DNA of 64,000 nucleotides from an uncultured Alphaproteobacteria bacterium (GCA_963706385.1 OY970153.1:943578-1007577); one strand, 5' to 3'; counted from the stretch's first letter, positions 26,742 to 38,769 are shown. Made by a program: numbers and translations. Notes: a model not told the origin generated them from the sequence alone.

Positions 26742-27332
26742 TTACCCCGGTGGATTGAGCTGGGGCGCAAGAATGCTTCGACCAAAATCTGTGTCCAATA
26801 GGAGCACTTCGCCAAGAACCTTTGGCTGAGGTCTACCTGCTGGGTCCAGCAGCGCCTGCCGTTTGACGACTGTGAAAACCTCGGTGTGCCCGTCAGCCAT
26901 CAGCCGAAATGTTTCAATCCTATCATTAGGCGTGTCATATCGAACGATATGGCAGTGGCCGCCCTCGGCGCACGACGCCACCGAGAATGGCGCAACTGAA
27001 ATGACTTCGCGCTTTGGCTCGACCCACTCGCGCCCAACGAAGTCGGAAGCCTTCGTCCCTTCCGGTAGCGGTAACCCCAAATCCTGCGAACCGAGAAAGC
27101 GAATATCGCCTTTGCGACCCGAAGGTGAAGACAGCAGGTCCAAGTGGGCCTTCTGAAGGGTTAGTTCGAGCGCTTGAAGAGCGTCCACGCCCCACCCCGC
27201 CGATTGGCGCTCTCCCGATGGCCATGCGATTATGTATTCGCAACGGTAGTTATCATCGACGGCGACAGGCGCGTGGATGGTGAGCGAAACAAATTCACCT
27301 CGCATATCGAATGCCCGCTCGGCGATGATCAT
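26742..27332 (-). CDS. Hypothetical 196-aa protein (orphan cargo between the two sfsA 3-prime copies)
   Basis: MIIAERAFDMRGEFVSLTIHAPVAVDDNYRCEYIIAWPSGERQSAGWGVDALQALELTLQKAHLDLL... The N-terminal half resembles, from memory, an uncharacterised family with the G.D.LQAL..L motif. The track ORF 26742..28511 beyond 27332 is antisense to map and to the sfsA fragment. Confidence 0.5.
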   Translation of the reverse strand: MIIAERAFDMRGEFVSLTIHAPVAVDDNYRCEYIIAWPSGERQSAGWGVDALQALELTLQKAHLDLLSSPSGRKGDIRFLGSQDLGLPLPEGTKASDFVGREWVEPKREVISVAPFSVASCAEGGHCHIVRYDTPNDRIETFRLMADGHTEVFTVVKRQALLDPAGRPQPKVLGEVLLLDTDFGRSILAPQLNPPG

Positions 27333-27380
27333 GACCTGCCTCAAAAGTGATGGTTGCAAGGTTGATCGGGTTGGTGGGCG

Positions 27381-27752
27381 GAGGTCAAGCTGGACGACGG
27401 CCTGTGCCGATAAGGTCCCGACGGGCCGTGACTCGAGGTCAAGAACTGCCACCTCTCGCGCGGCGCGGGCCTCGCCGAATTTCCCGACAGCGTGACCAGC
27501 CGGGGGCTGAAGCACTTGGGCGACCTCACCCGCGAGGCGCGGGCCGGCTCGCGCGCGGTGATGCTGTTCGTGGTCCAGCGCACCGATTGTGTGGCCTTCG
27601 AGGCCGCCGCCGACCTCGACGGCGCCTATGCGGCGGGCCTCTTCGCCGCGGCGCAAGCGGGCGTTGAAGTTCTGTGCTATGATTGCCACATAGACCCGAC
27701 CCGCATCCGCCTGAATCGCCGCCTGCCCTGGCGGTCCGGGCCGCAACGCTAG
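27381..27752 (+). pseudogene. Displaced, decaying second copy of the sfsA 3-prime third
   Basis: [100 protein letters not shown]... is collinear with 26327-26695 and G+C-rich like the backbone. There are two in-frame stops near its beginning and no upstream half. Confidence 0.75.
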
Positions 27753-27764
27753 AGACCGCGCTTG

Positions 27765-28589
27765 ATGACCGAGACCGACGCCCTGGAAACCGCCATCCGC
27801 CGGCGCGGCTCGGCGATCAAGATCCATGGACCCGAGGACTTCGAGGGCATGCGCCGCGCCGGCAGGCTGGCGGCCGAGTGTCTGGACATGCTGACCGCGC
27901 ACGTCACGCCGGGGGTGATCACCGACGAGCTGGACCGGCTGGCCCGCGAGTTCATCCTGGACCATGGCGCGGTCCCGTCCTGCCTCTACTATCGCGGCTA
28001 TCCCAAGACCCTGTGCATCTCGCCCAACCACGTGGTCTGCCACGGCATCCCGGGCCCGCGTCCCTTGCGCGACGGCGAGATCGCCAACATCGACGTGACC
28101 GTGACGCTGGACGGCTGGTACGGCGACACCAGCCGCATGTATCTGGTGGGCGAGGTTCCGACCCGCGCGCGCCGGCTGGTCGAGGTGACCTATGAGGCGC
28201 TGGAGCGCGGCATAGCCGCCGTGAAGCCCGGCGCGCGGCTGGGCGACATCGGCCACGCCATCCAGTCCTATGTCGAGGCCCAGCGCTGTTCGGTGGTGCG
28301 CGACTTCTGCGGCCACGGGGTCGGCCGGGTGTTTCATGACGCCCCCAATGTCCTGCACTTCGGCCGCCCAGGCGAAGGCGAGGTGCTGCGGGCCGGCATG
28401 TTCTTCACCATCGAACCGATGGTGAACCTCGGCAAGCACCAGGTGAAACTGCTGGCCGACGGCTGGACGGCGGTGACCCGCGACAAGTCGCTGTCGGCCC
28501 AGTGCGAACACGCGATCGGCGTGACCGAGACCGGCGCGGAGGTCTTCACCCTCTCTCCCGCGGGCCTGTTCCGGCCCGTCACGGCCTGA
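27765..28589 (+). CDS. map: Type I methionine aminopeptidase
   Basis: …VCHGIP…DGEIANIDVTV…DGWYGDTSRMY…HGVGRVFHD…FTIEPM… are the metal-ligand motifs of Map. Confidence 0.92.
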   Translation: MTETDALETAIRRRGSAIKIHGPEDFEGMRRAGRLAAECLDMLTAHVTPGVITDELDRLAREFILDHGAVPSCLYYRGYPKTLCISPNHVVCHGIPGPRPLRDGEIANIDVTVTLDGWYGDTSRMYLVGEVPTRARRLVEVTYEALERGIAAVKPGARLGDIGHAIQSYVEAQRCSVVRDFCGHGVGRVFHDAPNVLHFGRPGEGEVLRAGMFFTIEPMVNLGKHQVKLLADGWTAVTRDKSLSAQCEHAIGVTETGAEVFTLSPAGLFRPVTA

Positions 28590-28609
28590 GTTCGGCGGCG
28601 GCGTCGGGC

Positions 28610-29296
28610 GTGAGCGGCGCGCAGCAGCCCCACCACCTCGGCCACCGCGACCGGCTGCGCGAGCGCGCCCGATCCGCCGGGCTGGAGGGGTTGCCCGACT
28701 ACGAGCTGCTCGAACTCTACCTGTTCCGCTCGGTTCCCCGCGCCGACGTCAAGCCGCTGGCCAAGGCGCTGCTGGCCCGCTTCGGCGGCCTGTCGGGGGT
28801 GCTGGGCGCGTCGGAAGCCGAACTGCGCACGGTCAAGGGGATCGGCGAGCAAGTCGCCCAGGACCTCAAACTGGCGCATGAGGCGGCGATCCGCATCGGC
28901 CGCGAGGCCGTCGGCAAGCGGCCGGTGATCTCCTCCTGGACCGCGCTGCTGGAATACGTCCGCCTCGCCCTGGCGCATGAGACCCGCGAGCAGTTCCGCG
29001 TGCTCTACCTCGACAAGAAGAACCAGCTGATCGCCGACGAGGTGATGAACCGCGGCACCATCGACCACGCTCCGGTCTATCCGCGCGAAGTGATGCGCCG
29101 GGCGCTGGAGATCGGGGCCGGGGCGGTGATCCTGGTCCACAACCACCCCTCGGGCGATCCCAGCCCCTCCGCCGCCGACATCGAGATGACCCGCCAAGTG
29201 GTCGAGGCGGGCAAGGCCCTGCGCATCTCGGTCCACGACCACCTGATCGTCGGCCGCGAGGGCGTGGCGAGCCTGAAGGCGCTGGGGCTGTTTTGA
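28610..29296 (+). CDS. radC: RadC-family JAMM-motif protein
   Basis: …LPDYELLELYLFR…GIGEQVAQDLK…VILVHNHPSGDPSPSAADIEMT…. A GTG start at 28610 is proposed. Track ORF 28502 overlaps the map 3-prime end. Confidence 0.85.
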   Translation: MSGAQQPHHLGHRDRLRERARSAGLEGLPDYELLELYLFRSVPRADVKPLAKALLARFGGLSGVLGASEAELRTVKGIGEQVAQDLKLAHEAAIRIGREAVGKRPVISSWTALLEYVRLALAHETREQFRVLYLDKKNQLIADEVMNRGTIDHAPVYPREVMRRALEIGAGAVILVHNHPSGDPSPSAADIEMTRQVVEAGKALRISVHDHLIVGREGVASLKALGLF

Positions 29297-29306
29297 GATG
29301 CGCGGC

Positions 29307-29723
29307 CTAGCTGAACGCCTCGACCATGGCGCTCGTCACCCGGCTCGGGCGGCCGCTCGCCGCGTCGATCAGGCACCATTCGGTGACCGCCTGGGCGCAC
29401 ATCTCCCCATCCGGGCCGTCGATGCGCACGAAGCGGATGAAGCGGGGGCCCCGGTGCTCGCCGACCCAGGTGCGCGCCCTGGCGGCCTCGCCGGGCAGCA
29501 GCGGGCGGCGGTAGTCGATCTCATGGCGCAGCACCACCCAGGTCCAGCGTCCGGTCTCGGCCTCGCCGTCCATCCGCGCGCGCCAGTGGGCGGTGGCGAT
29601 GTCCTGGATCCAGCGGACATAGACCACGTTGTTGACGTGGCCGTTCTCGTCGAAATCGGCGGGACCGGGCGTGAACGCCAGGGAGAAGACCTGTCGGGTC
29701 TCGGGTGGTTCGAGCGGCGCCAC
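29307..29723 (-). CDS. Acyl-CoA thioesterase (4HBT/hotdog fold)
   Basis: 138 aa. …FDENGHVNNVVYVRWIQD…LRHEIDYRRP… is the typical YbgC-like pattern. Confidence 0.75.
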   Translation of the reverse strand: MAPLEPPETRQVFSLAFTPGPADFDENGHVNNVVYVRWIQDIATAHWRARMDGEAETGRWTWVVLRHEIDYRRPLLPGEAARARTWVGEHRGPRFIRFVRIDGPDGEMCAQAVTEWCLIDAASGRPSRVTSAMVEAFS

Positions 29724-29732
29724 CGGGCCCGA

Positions 29733-30092
<360 letters not shown>

Positions 30093-30149
30093 GCTCGGGC
30101 TCCGCCGCACGGGGTTGCAGCCCTCAGCTAGGAACACCGGGCCACGAGG

Positions 30150-31064
30150 TCAAGCTCTGCGGGCCTTCTGGGTGGGGTCGTTCGGCGTGAAGCGCGCCAT
30201 TTCGATCTGCGCCGCCACGCCCGGCGGCAGATCGCGTTCGGGCACCGCGGACAAGGCTTCGATCCGCTCGACGCGTTCGGCGGTGATCTGCACCGTCGCC
30301 AGCGACGGCTCGGTCAGGGCGTAGGCCAGGCATAGCTCCTCGCCGGTCCAGTTGAGCGTGCGATCGAGGAAGGCGTAGGTGCCGACCCCAGCCAATGGAT
30401 TATCGGCGGTTCCCCACCACGACTTCTTCTCCGGCGACGCGCCGCCGACGTTATGAAACCGCTCGGGATAGTAGTCGTAGCCGATCACCGCCATGTTGCG
30501 TTCGATCGCCGCCTTCAGGCGCAGGCGATCCTTCCAGCCGGAGACCAGATTGAACGGCGTACACAGAATGTCGAACGCACCGGTCGAGATATAGGCGTCA
30601 ATCACCTCGTCCGCGCCGGCCACGCCCAGCATCCGCGCCCGTCCGGCCGCGCGCATCGCCTTCAGCGCTTCCAGCGCCGGGGGCGAAAGCTCCTCGGCCT
30701 GCGGATCGTCGAGGATCACCGCGTCGACATAGTCGAGCCCACTGCGCGCGAGGAAGGATTCCACCGACACCAGCATGCCTTCCGGCGAAAAGTCGCGCGT
30801 TACGGCGCCGGATGGTGAAACCATCGGCCCCAGGCGCAAGGCGATGAGCACCAGCCGCCGCTCGACCGCCTGGACCGCCTGGCTTAGGCCCTCGATCAGC
30901 GCCGGCTGGCGGCCAACCACCTCGAAGGCGTTGATGCCGTTCTCGAACGCGGCGTAGATCAGTTGGCGCCAAGCCTGGGGCGTGGTCCGCGCGCCGGCGT
31001 CGACCAGCTTCAGCGACACCACCGAGATCGCCACGCCCGTGTCGCCAAGGGGTCGAAACCGCAT
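30150..31064 (-). CDS. Aldo/keto reductase family oxidoreductase
   Basis: MRFRPLGDTGVAISVVSLKL…ENGINAFEV… with size and overall pattern of the AKR superfamily, though divergent. Confidence 0.6.
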   Translation of the reverse strand: MRFRPLGDTGVAISVVSLKLVDAGARTTPQAWRQLIYAAFENGINAFEVVGRQPALIEGLSQAVQAVERRLVLIALRLGPMVSPSGAVTRDFSPEGMLVSVESFLARSGLDYVDAVILDDPQAEELSPPALEALKAMRAAGRARMLGVAGADEVIDAYISTGAFDILCTPFNLVSGWKDRLRLKAAIERNMAVIGYDYYPERFHNVGGASPEKKSWWGTADNPLAGVGTYAFLDRTLNWTGEELCLAYALTEPSLATVQITAERVERIEALSAVPERDLPPGVAAQIEMARFTPNDPTQKARRA

Positions 31065-31066
31065 CC

Positions 31067-31312
31067 CTATCGCCCCACGCCGGTCGGCGCGCCCGTCTCC
31101 AGCGCCAGGGCGTGCAGTTCACCGCCCACCTTGCCCTTCAGCGCCGCATAGACCAGCTGATGCTGACGCACCCGGGTCAGGCCCGCGAAGGCTCGCGAGG
31201 TGATCCGCGCACGATAGTGGTCGCCGTCGCCCGCCAGATCGTCGATCGCGATCTCCGCATCCGGAAACGCGGCCCGGAGTTCGGCTTCAAGAACGGTGGC
31301 GGACATGGGCAT
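31067..31312 (-). CDS. BolA/IbaG-family protein
   Basis: 81 aa. …GDGDHYRARITSRAFAGLTRVRQHQLVYAALK…LHALAL… is the BolA signature. It is adjacent to grxD, as is common. Confidence 0.8.
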   Translation of the reverse strand: MPMSATVLEAELRAAFPDAEIAIDDLAGDGDHYRARITSRAFAGLTRVRQHQLVYAALKGKVGGELHALALETGAPTGVGR

Positions 31313-31458
31313 CGGAATCAGTGGCGTCCCAGGCGGCTAAACTGCGTCATTTCAGCACGTCAAATGCTTAATATTTGCAAACGAAATGGGCGGTCGTGGT
31401 TCGCGGGGGTCTGGCGCTAGTGTGCGTCCATATAAGCTGGCAACCAGGCTTCGTTGGC

Positions 31459-33622
31459 TTAAGTCAGCGCTTCCAACGGCACGCTGAACAGGCCGGCCTC
31501 CGAGGCGAAATCGGTCCCGCCCGCGCGGCCGGCGAGGTTGGCGTGGACGCCGGCGGCCCGGGCCTTGGCGATCAGGGCGTCGGGATCGGAGCTGGCGATC
31601 AGGTAGCGAGCCTGGTCCTCGCCGAACAGGTAGTAGTGGGCGTGCGGATGGGAGGTGGCGTTCAGCGTCACCCCGACGCGTGCGGCCATCGCCATCTCGG
31701 CGGCGGCGGCGGCCAGGCCCCCGTCCGACAGGTCGTGGACGACGCTCACCTCGCCCGCGCGGATCAGGCCGCGCACGAAATCGCCGGTCTTGCGCTCCAG
31801 CGCCAGATCCACCGGCGGCGGCGCCCCTTCCTCCCGGCCGAACAGCTCGCGCAGATAGAGACTAGAGCCCATCTCGCCACGGGTCTCGCCGATCAGCACC
31901 AGGCTGTCGCCGTCCCGCATCCCGCCGAAGCTGGCCCGCCGCGCGTAGTCCGGGATCAGCCCGACCGCGCCGACCGTGGGGGTGGGGGGAATGGCCGCGC
32001 CGTTGGTCTCGTTGTAGAGCGAGACGTTGCCGCTCACGACCGGAAAGTCCAGCGCCCGGCAGGCCTCGGCCATGCCGTCGATGGCGCGCACGATCTGGCC
32101 CATGATCTCCGGCCGCTCGGGATTGCCGAAATTCAGGTTGTCGGTGATCGCGATCGGATCGGCGCCGACGGCGGTAAGATTGCGCCAAGCCTCGGCCACC
32201 GCCTGTTTGCCACCCTCGTAAGGATCGGCCTGGACGTAGCGCGGGGTGCAGTCCGAAGTCATCGCCAAGCCCTTGCGCGCGCCATGCACCCTGACCACCC
32301 CGGCGTCGGCCGCCGTGCCGCTGTCGGCCAGGGTGTCGGCCATCACGTGACGATCGTACTGCTCCCAAAGCCAGCGCTTGGAGGCCATGTCGGGGCAACT
32401 CATCAGCTTGACGATCGCCTGGCCGTAATCGGACAACGCCGGGACGTCGTCCGGCTCCAGCCGCCTTTGCGGGGTCGGCGCCGTCCAGGGCCGGTCGTAG
32501 AGCGGCGCGTCGTCCGACAGCGGCGCCAGCGGCAGGTCGCAAACCACCTGACCCTTGTGCTTCAACACGATCCGGCCGGTGTCGGTGGTCCAGCCGATGG
32601 TGGCCGCATCCAGGCCCCATTTCTCGAAGATGCGCCGCCCGTCGGCCTCGCGGCCAGGCTTGAGGATGGCCAGCATCCGCTCCTGGCTCTCGGACAGCAT
32701 CATCTCGTAGGCGCTCATGCCCGCCTCACGCTGCGGCACCGCGTCAAGGTCGAGTTCGACGCCCACCCCGCCCTTGCCGGCCATCTCGACCGAAGAGGAG
32801 GTCAGGCCAGCCGCGCCCATGTCCTGGATCGCGGCCACCGCGCCCGAGGCCATCAGCTCCAACGTCGCCTCGATCAGCAGCTTTTCGGCGAACGGGTCGC
32901 CGACCTGGACGGTCGGCCGCTTCTCATCGGAGTCCGCGTCGAACTCGGCCGAGGCCATGGTCGCGCCGTGGATGCCGTCGCGGCCGGTCTTGGAGCCGAA
33001 ATAGACCACCGGCAGGCCGGCCGAGGGCGCGGCGGAGTAGAAGATCTTGTCCTTGTCGGCCAGGCCGACGCACATGGCGTTGACCAGAATGTTGCCGTCA
33101 TAGCCGCGGTGGAAATTGGTCTCACCCGCGACGGTGGGCACGCCCACGCAGTTGCCGTAGCCGCCAATGCCGGCCACCACGCCGGCGACCAAGCCGCCGG
33201 GTCTTGGGATGGGCGGGATCGCCGAAGCGCAGGGCGTTGAGCAGGGCGATCGGCCGCGCGCCCATGGTGAACACATCGCGCATGATGCCGCCGACGCCGG
33301 TGGCCGCGCCCTGATAGGGCTCGATGTAGCTCGGGTGGTTGTGGCTCTCCATCTTGAAGATGCAAGCTTGGCCGTCGCCGATGTCGACCACCCCGGCGTT
33401 CTCGCCCGGCCCTTGGATCACCCTCGGCCCCGTGGTCGGGAACTTGGCCAGGTGCTTGCGCGAGGACTTGTACGAACAGTGCTCGGACCACATCACGCTG
33501 AATACGCCGAGCTCGACCGCGTTGGGCGCGCGGTTCAGGCGACGGGTGATCAGGGCGTATTCGTCGGGTTTGAGGCCGTACTCCAGCGCGAGTTCGGCCA
33601 TCGATTTGGCGGCGGCGGTCAT
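31459..33622 (-). pseudogene. purL: Phosphoribosylformylglycinamidine synthase subunit PurL, with an apparent +1 frameshift near 33187-33203
   Basis: Track ORF 33122..33622 encodes the N-terminus, up to ...[16 protein letters not shown] 31459..33276, in the adjacent frame, continues with ...[23 protein letters not shown]... Removing one nucleotide within CCCGGCGGCTTGGTCGCC restores [18 protein letters not shown], the conserved PurL sequence. Confidence 0.85.
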
Positions 33623-33683
33623 GGGCGGCTTCTAGCGGGACTCGCGGCGGGGAGCGAGGGGCGGATTCGCGACGGCCGACGCG

Positions 33684-34349
33684 TCAGGCCGAGGCCAGCG
33701 CGCTCTGGAACAGGGTGGCGCCGTCGACCGATCCCAGCTCCGCTTCGAACGCCCGGTCCGGGTGGGGCATCATACCCAGCACATTGCCGCGGATATTGAT
33801 GATGCCGGCGATGTCGCGAGCCGAGCCGTTCGGATTGTCGCGATAGCGGAACACCACTTGGCCCTCGCCCTCCAGCCGGTCGAGGCTGGCCTCGTCGGCG
33901 AAGAAATTACCCTCGCCGTTGCCGACCATCATGGTCACCTCGCGCTGGGCGCCATAGCCGGCGGTGAAGCGGGTCTGGCCATTGACCACGTCCAGGCCCA
34001 CCGCCCGGCAGACGTATTTCAGCGCCGCGTTGCGCAGCAGCGCCCCAGGCAGCATCCCCGCCTCGCACAGAATCTGGAAGCCATTGCAGATGCCGACCAC
34101 CGCCACGCCGCGATCGGCGGCGGCGGCCACCGCCCGCATCACCGGCGACTGCGCCGCCATCGCCCCGCAACGCAGGTAGTCGCCATAGGAAAAGCCGCCG
34201 GGCAGCACGACCAGATCGAGGCCGGCCGGCAGCGCGGTCTCCTGGTGCCAGACCATCTCGACCTTGGCGCCGGTGGATCGCTCGATGGCGGTCTTGCAGT
34301 CGCGATCGCAGTTCGAGCCGGGAAAGACGACGACGGCGGCCTTGGCCAT
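33684..34349 (-). CDS. purQ: Phosphoribosylformylglycinamidine synthase glutaminase subunit PurQ
   Basis: [17 protein letters not shown]…[13 protein letters not shown]…GICNGFQIL…MMPHPDR. The start is at 34349; the track ORF is extended to 34406. Confidence 0.92.
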   Translation of the reverse strand: MAKAAVVVFPGSNCDRDCKTAIERSTGAKVEMVWHQETALPAGLDLVVLPGGFSYGDYLRCGAMAAQSPVMRAVAAAADRGVAVVGICNGFQILCEAGMLPGALLRNAALKYVCRAVGLDVVNGQTRFTAGYGAQREVTMMVGNGEGNFFADEASLDRLEGEGQVVFRYRDNPNGSARDIAGIINIRGNVLGMMPHPDRAFEAELGSVDGATLFQSALASA

Positions 34350-34588
34350 CAGCCGACCTCCACCCGGTAGCCTTCGATCACGGCGTTGGCCAACAGCCGC
34401 TCGCACATGGCCTTGACCTCGGCTTCAGCGGACGCGCGGTCGCCGCTGTTCAGGTCGAACTCGATGGTCTTGCCGACCCGAACGCCCGAGACCCCGGAGA
34501 AGCCCAATCCGTGCAGGGCGCCTTCGATGGCCTTGCCCTGGACGTCCAGCACGCCCGGCTTGAGGAAAACCTCGACCCTAGCCTTCAC
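34349..34588 (-). CDS. purS: Phosphoribosylformylglycinamidine synthase subunit PurS
   Basis: 79 aa from a GTG: [30 protein letters not shown]… There is a GTGA overlap with purC, and its stop overlaps the purQ start. Confidence 0.85.
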   Translation of the reverse strand: MKARVEVFLKPGVLDVQGKAIEGALHGLGFSGVSGVRVGKTIEFDLNSGDRASAEAEVKAMCERLLANAVIEGYRVEVG

Positions 34589-35343
34589 GGGCTCTTGCCC
34601 CCCTGGATGACGGTCGGCATCTCCTTCATGATTCCAAGGCGCCGAGCGACCTCGGTGTAACTTTCGATCACATTGCCCAGGTCGCGGCGGAAGCGGTCCT
34701 TGTCCAGCTTCTCGCTGGTCACCGTGTCCCACAGCCGGCAGCTGTCCGGGCTGATCTCGTCGGCCAGGATCACCCGCGAGAAATCGTTCTCCCACACCCG
34801 CCCGAACTCGATCTTGAAGTCCACCAGGGTGATGCCGACGGCGCTGAACACGCCGCAGAGGAAGTCGTTGATCCGCAGCGTCATCGCCATGATGTCGTCG
34901 ATCTCCTGGGGCGAGGCCCAGTTGAACGCGGTGATGTGCTCCTCGGCGACCATCGGATCGCCCAGCTTGTCGTCCTTCAGGCAGAATTCGATGATGGAGC
35001 GCGGCAGGGCCTGGCCCTCGGGCAGGCCGAACCGCTTGGAGAGCGAGCCGGCGGCGATGTTGCGGCAGATCACCTCCAGCGGGATGATCTCGACTTCCTT
35101 GATCAGCTGCTCGCGCAGGTTCAGCCGCTTGATAAAGTGGGTCTGCACGCCGATCGCGCCCAAGCGCGTCATGACGTATTCGCTGATGCGGTTGTTCAGC
35201 ACGCCCTTGCCGTCGAGCGAGGCTTTTTTCTTGCCGTCGAACGCGGTGGCGTCGTCCTTGAAATACTGGATCAAGGTGCCCGGCTCCGGTCCCTCGTAGA
35301 GGATCTTGGCCTTGCCTTCGTAGATTTTCTTGCGACGGGTCAT
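34585..35343 (-). CDS. purC: Phosphoribosylaminoimidazole-succinocarboxamide synthase
   Basis: [40 protein letters not shown]…[14 protein letters not shown]… 252 aa. The track ORF is over-extended to 35622. Confidence 0.92.
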   Translation of the reverse strand: MTRRKKIYEGKAKILYEGPEPGTLIQYFKDDATAFDGKKKASLDGKGVLNNRISEYVMTRLGAIGVQTHFIKRLNLREQLIKEVEIIPLEVICRNIAAGSLSKRFGLPEGQALPRSIIEFCLKDDKLGDPMVAEEHITAFNWASPQEIDDIMAMTLRINDFLCGVFSAVGITLVDFKIEFGRVWENDFSRVILADEISPDSCRLWDTVTSEKLDKDRFRRDLGNVIESYTEVARRLGIMKEMPTVIQGGKSP

Positions 35344-35645
35344 GGTTCCGGTGCTTCCCCTAGGGGACCCCGGTCGGGCGAAATGCAAAGCGCGCGAATT
35401 TCGCCTTCGCGCGCCTATCCAACTCGGCCTTCGACAATGTAGGGCGTGCGCAACTCTAGCGGAATGGCCGCCTTGGCGCAAACCGGGCAAGGCGTTCGAG
35501 GCCGTCCCGGGTGTTGAAACGGTTGGCCGATGGGCATTGGATCGCCGAATGATTGACGATGTGGAGGACGCCGCGACCAAGTCGCCGCATTGATCCCGGG
35601 GCCGAGGTCGCCTATTGGACACAGCGCGTATCCACGGGGCTTTGC

Positions 35646-35969
35646 ATGTCGACCTTTGACGACCGCGAAAAGGGCTTCGAAGGCAAGTTCGCCCATGACG
35701 CCGAAATCGAGTTCAAGGCGACCGCGCGGCGTAACCGTCTTCTGGGCCTCTGGGCCGGCGGCCTGATGGGGCTGGAGGGCCAGCACCTGGAGGACTACGC
35801 CACCGCCGTCGTGCGCTCGGAGTTCACCGAGCGGGGCGACGAGGACGTGCTGCGCAAGGTCGCCAAGGACCTCTCCGGCTCTGGCCTGAAGACCACCGAG
35901 GATCAGGTCCGCGGAAAAATGGATGAATTCCTGGCTGTCGCGCGCGGCCAGATCCAGGACGGGAAGTAG
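35646..35969 (+). CDS. DUF1476-family protein (alphaproteobacterial ATPase inhibitor zeta-subunit family)
   Basis: [38 protein letters not shown]… is the typical DUF1476 N-terminus. 107 aa. Confidence 0.8.
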   Translation: MSTFDDREKGFEGKFAHDAEIEFKATARRNRLLGLWAGGLMGLEGQHLEDYATAVVRSEFTERGDEDVLRKVAKDLSGSGLKTTEDQVRGKMDEFLAVARGQIQDGK

Positions 35970-35974
35970 CGCTC

Positions 35975-37282
<1,308 letters not shown>

Positions 37283-37332
37283 GCGGCCGGTTCTAGCCGC
37301 TGGGACGGTGAGAGGAAAGCCGCCGAGCCGGC

Positions 37333-38769
37333 CTAGCCGCTTGCCAGCAGCGCCGCCCGCTCCATGTCCTGGCGAATATCGATGGCGGCCAGAAAGTAAT
37401 GCGCCGCGCCCCAGACCCCGGCGATGAAGGTCACCAGGATCGCCGAGCGCGTCGCCTGGGCGCTGGTCGACAGGCACAGGGCCTTCAACGCCGCGGGCGC
37501 GCCCTTGGGCCCCACCCCGCCAGGGCAGACGCTAAGAAAATGGCCGAGATGGGCCTGGGTGAAGGCGTGCTGGGCGAAGAGGTCGCTCATCAATCCGGTG
37601 AAGAACGGTCCGCCGCCCATGGCCACGAGGTTGAGCACGAAGAACAGCAGCGCCGTGGCGCTTGCACGCATCCGCGGCTCGACCAGATTGTGCATCACTC
37701 CGAAGGTCGGGCCGAGATAGGCGTAGCTGAAGATGCCCGGGATCGCGACCAGGGCCAGCGCCACGCGCCAGGATGGGATCAGATAGATCGCGGCATAAAA
37801 GGGAGTGGCGACCAGAAAACCGATGCCGGGCGCAAGCGCATACCAGCGGCGATCGTGCTTGCCGCTCCAGTCGGTTACGAACCCGCCCAACAGGGTGCCG
37901 AGCCCGGCCGAAAGCCCGCCGACCAGACCGAAGATCAGCCCGACCCGGGCCAGGCCGAGATGGAACTCGCGGATGAAATAGGGCTGGGCGAAGCCGCCGA
38001 CGCCATAGCCGGCGAACGAGATCAAGGTGACGCCAATGGTCATATGGACGAACGATGGCGCGCCCCACATCCGCTTGGCCACCGCCAGCAGCGAGGGCGG
38101 CGGCGCCTCGGCGGTTTTCCGGCCGGGCGAGCCCGCCGCCTCGGAATGACCCCGGGGGGGCTCGCGCAGCAGAAGCCGCGCCACCACGGCCAGGATCAGG
38201 CCAGGCGCGCCGACGATGAAGAAGGCGATGCGCCAGGACAGGTGTTCGGCGATCCAGCCGCCGGACATCGCCCCGATCGCACCACCCAGCGGAATGCCGA
38301 ATGCATAGACCGACAGCGCGCTGGCGCGCCTGGAGGCGGGAAAATAATCCGCGATCAGCGAGTGGGATGCTGGCGAGCAGCCCGCCTCGCCCACCCCGAC
38401 GCCGAAACGGAACACCACGAGCTGCAGATAGTTGGTGGCGACGCCGCAAAGCCCGGTCATCCCTGACCAAATCAACAGGCAGATCGAAAGGAGGTTCACA
38501 CGGCTCCTGTGTTCGGCCAGACGCCCGATCGGCAGGCCCAGGACCGTGTAGAAGACGGCGAAGGCGAAGCCTTGCAGAACGCCGAGCTGGGCGTCGCTGA
38601 TCTTCAGGTCGACCTTGATCGGCTGACCTAGGGTGTTGATGATCGTGCGGTCGATGAAGTTGGAGGCGTAGACCAGCATCAGGAGGATCAGCGCGCCGCG
38701 GGTGTAGCCTTCCGAGAACATGGGCTTCGCGGCCGCGCGTGGCGCCTGGGCCGTCACCGTTTCCGTCAT
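37333..38769 (-). CDS. MFS transporter (spinster-like subgroup)
   Basis: Start at MTETVTAQ. …ASNFIDRTIINTLGQPIK…LPIGRLAEHRSRVN… plus 12 predicted hydrophobic segments. Confidence 0.8.
   Translation of the reverse strand: MTETVTAQAPRAAAKPMFSEGYTRGALILLMLVYASNFIDRTIINTLGQPIKVDLKISDAQLGVLQGFAFAVFYTVLGLPIGRLAEHRSRVNLLSICLLIWSGMTGLCGVATNYLQLVVFRFGVGVGEAGCSPASHSLIADYFPASRRASALSVYAFGIPLGGAIGAMSGGWIAEHLSWRIAFFIVGAPGLILAVVARLLLREPPRGHSEAAGSPGRKTAEAPPPSLLAVAKRMWGAPSFVHMTIGVTLISFAGYGVGGFAQPYFIREFHLGLARVGLIFGLVGGLSAGLGTLLGGFVTDWSGKHDRRWYALAPGIGFLVATPFYAAIYLIPSWRVALALVAIPGIFSYAYLGPTFGVMHNLVEPRMRASATALLFFVLNLVAMGGGPFFTGLMSDLFAQHAFTQAHLGHFLSVCPGGVGPKGAPAALKALCLSTSAQATRSAILVTFIAGVWGAAHYFLAAIDIRQDMERAALLASG

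Noticed and set aside
27381-27443. Repeated GAGGTCAAG motifs, considered as a possible short tandem or CRISPR-like repeat.
   Set aside because: There are only two copies, and they correspond to the EVK...EVK internal repeat also present in the functional sfsA copy. No array structure exists. I noticed no CRISPR array anywhere in the window.
26742-28511. A 589-aa minus-strand ORF.
   Set aside because: Beyond 27332 it is antisense to the sfsA fragment and to map, and it is Arg/Ala/Gly-rich. Only the last 196 codons, which are AT-richer and of ordinary composition, are credible.
33187-33203. Programmed ribosomal frameshift in purL.
   Set aside because: There is no slippery heptamer or downstream structure, and no precedent for purL. 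An indel, real or artefactual, is simpler.
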